A stretch of 64,000 nucleotides of DNA from Ignavibacteriota bacterium (lineage in GTDB: Bacteria; Bacteroidota; Ignavibacteria; UBA10030). How positions within the stretch are numbered: position 1 is the first letter of the stretch; each line of letters opens with the position of its first letter. A program made the position numbers and the translations under genes. Below are positions 63,329-64,000 of this stretch, piece after piece. The stretch covers positions 480,001 to 544,000 of the forward strand of contig CAVSHO010000009.1 of NCBI GenBank assembly GCA_963727825.1, in the 5' to 3' direction. Below the pieces are notes generated by a model that saw nothing but the letters and a program-made list of their open reading frames with translations, had not been told where the DNA came from and made no database searches.

Positions 63329-63709
63329 TTATTTTTTACTTTCCAATACTACTAACGCAACCACAGTTGTCTCGGTGTGAGAAAGCGACAGATGAACATT
63401 ACATTGCTCTAATGCTTTTGCTACTTCCCGCGACAGCAAAATGTGTGGTGCGCCGGACTGATCGTTCACAACTTCAATATCCCGCCAATGAAATGCTCCG
63501 CTCCATCCAGTTCGCATAGCTTTTGCCACCGCTTCTTTGGCAGCAAACCGTGCAGCAAAATGAATATATGGTTTCTTGCGAGTCTTACAGTATGTCACTT
63601 CCATATCACTGTAGACTTTATTGAGAAACGCTTTGCCCTGATTTTCCAGAACATCCCTCATCCGTTGAACATCCACTACATCTACACCAATACCTTGAAT
63701 TTTTCCCAT
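63329..63709 (-). CDS. acpS: Holo-ACP synthase
   Basis: GIGVDVV, AARFAAKEAVAKA, SGAP, LSLSH. Confidence 0.95.
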   Translation of the reverse strand: MGKIQGIGVDVVDVQRMRDVLENQGKAFLNKVYSDMEVTYCKTRKKPYIHFAARFAAKEAVAKAMRTGWSGAFHWRDIEVVNDQSGAPHILLSREVAKALEQCNVHLSLSHTETTVVALVVLESKK

Positions 63710-63711
63710 AG

Positions 63712-64000
63712 CTACACTTTCTGATTTTGCTCTTTGACGATATCTATGACTTGCGAGATATCATCAATATCATAATCGGCATTTGAGATTTCTGTGCCGA
63801 AGGTGTTGCCGTACCGTGCAAATATAGTTTTCATTCCCACTTGTGCCGCGCCGACAACATCGCGCTCAGCCCAATCGCCCACCATCATTGCTTCAGATGG
63901 CTGCATTTGAAGCATATCTAAAATTTTCTTAAATGGTTCAGGATTAGGTTTTCGCCTGCCGGTATCTTCAAATGTTACAACTGCATCAAATAGATGATGG
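63712..64000 (-). CDS. HAD-superfamily hydrolase, 3' part (start beyond the window)
   Basis: FDAVVTFEDTGRRKPNPEPF, MVGDWAERDVVGAAQVGM. Confidence 0.85.
   Translation of the reverse strand, partial: HHLFDAVVTFEDTGRRKPNPEPFKKILDMLQMQPSEAMMVGDWAERDVVGAAQVGMKTIFARYGNTFGTEISNADYDIDDISQVIDIVKEQNQKV

Overview
Bacterial chromosomal window, AT-rich by eye. Gene content (GWxTD, DUF3078, DUF3108, many signal peptides cleaved before Gln) suggests Ignavibacteria or another FCB-group lineage; this is inference. No rRNA, tRNA, CRISPR array, transposase or prophage was recognised. In order: galM; an XRE regulator plus J-domain protein pair; a DUF4097 protein; a large PAS/Cache two-component cluster; uxaE; cstA; a type II R-M pair; a housekeeping and envelope run (pncB, yraN, rnhB, UbiA prenyltransferase, Omp85, GWxTD, rimO, cdsA, GT9); an arcE-like/OTC/carbamate kinase/pyrB operon; a PP2C sensor; a patatin-POTRA-barrel protein; a six-gene chaperone-usher-like pilus locus; then parAB, ridA, lepA, two lepB, mscL and acpS. 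The best novelty candidates are (1) the pilus locus at 47.7-54.0 kb, with three DUF4402-like subunits, a chaperone, an usher-like protein fused to tandem SPOR domains and a putative donor-strand-only subunit, and (2) the putative energy-conserving arginine synthetase operon joined to pyrB. About 11 single-base frameshifts, mostly +1 insertions and some in lepA, parA and lepB, are probably sequencing errors. Several genes below are therefore reconstructed across ORF fragments. All family calls come from motif recognition by eye, not database searches.
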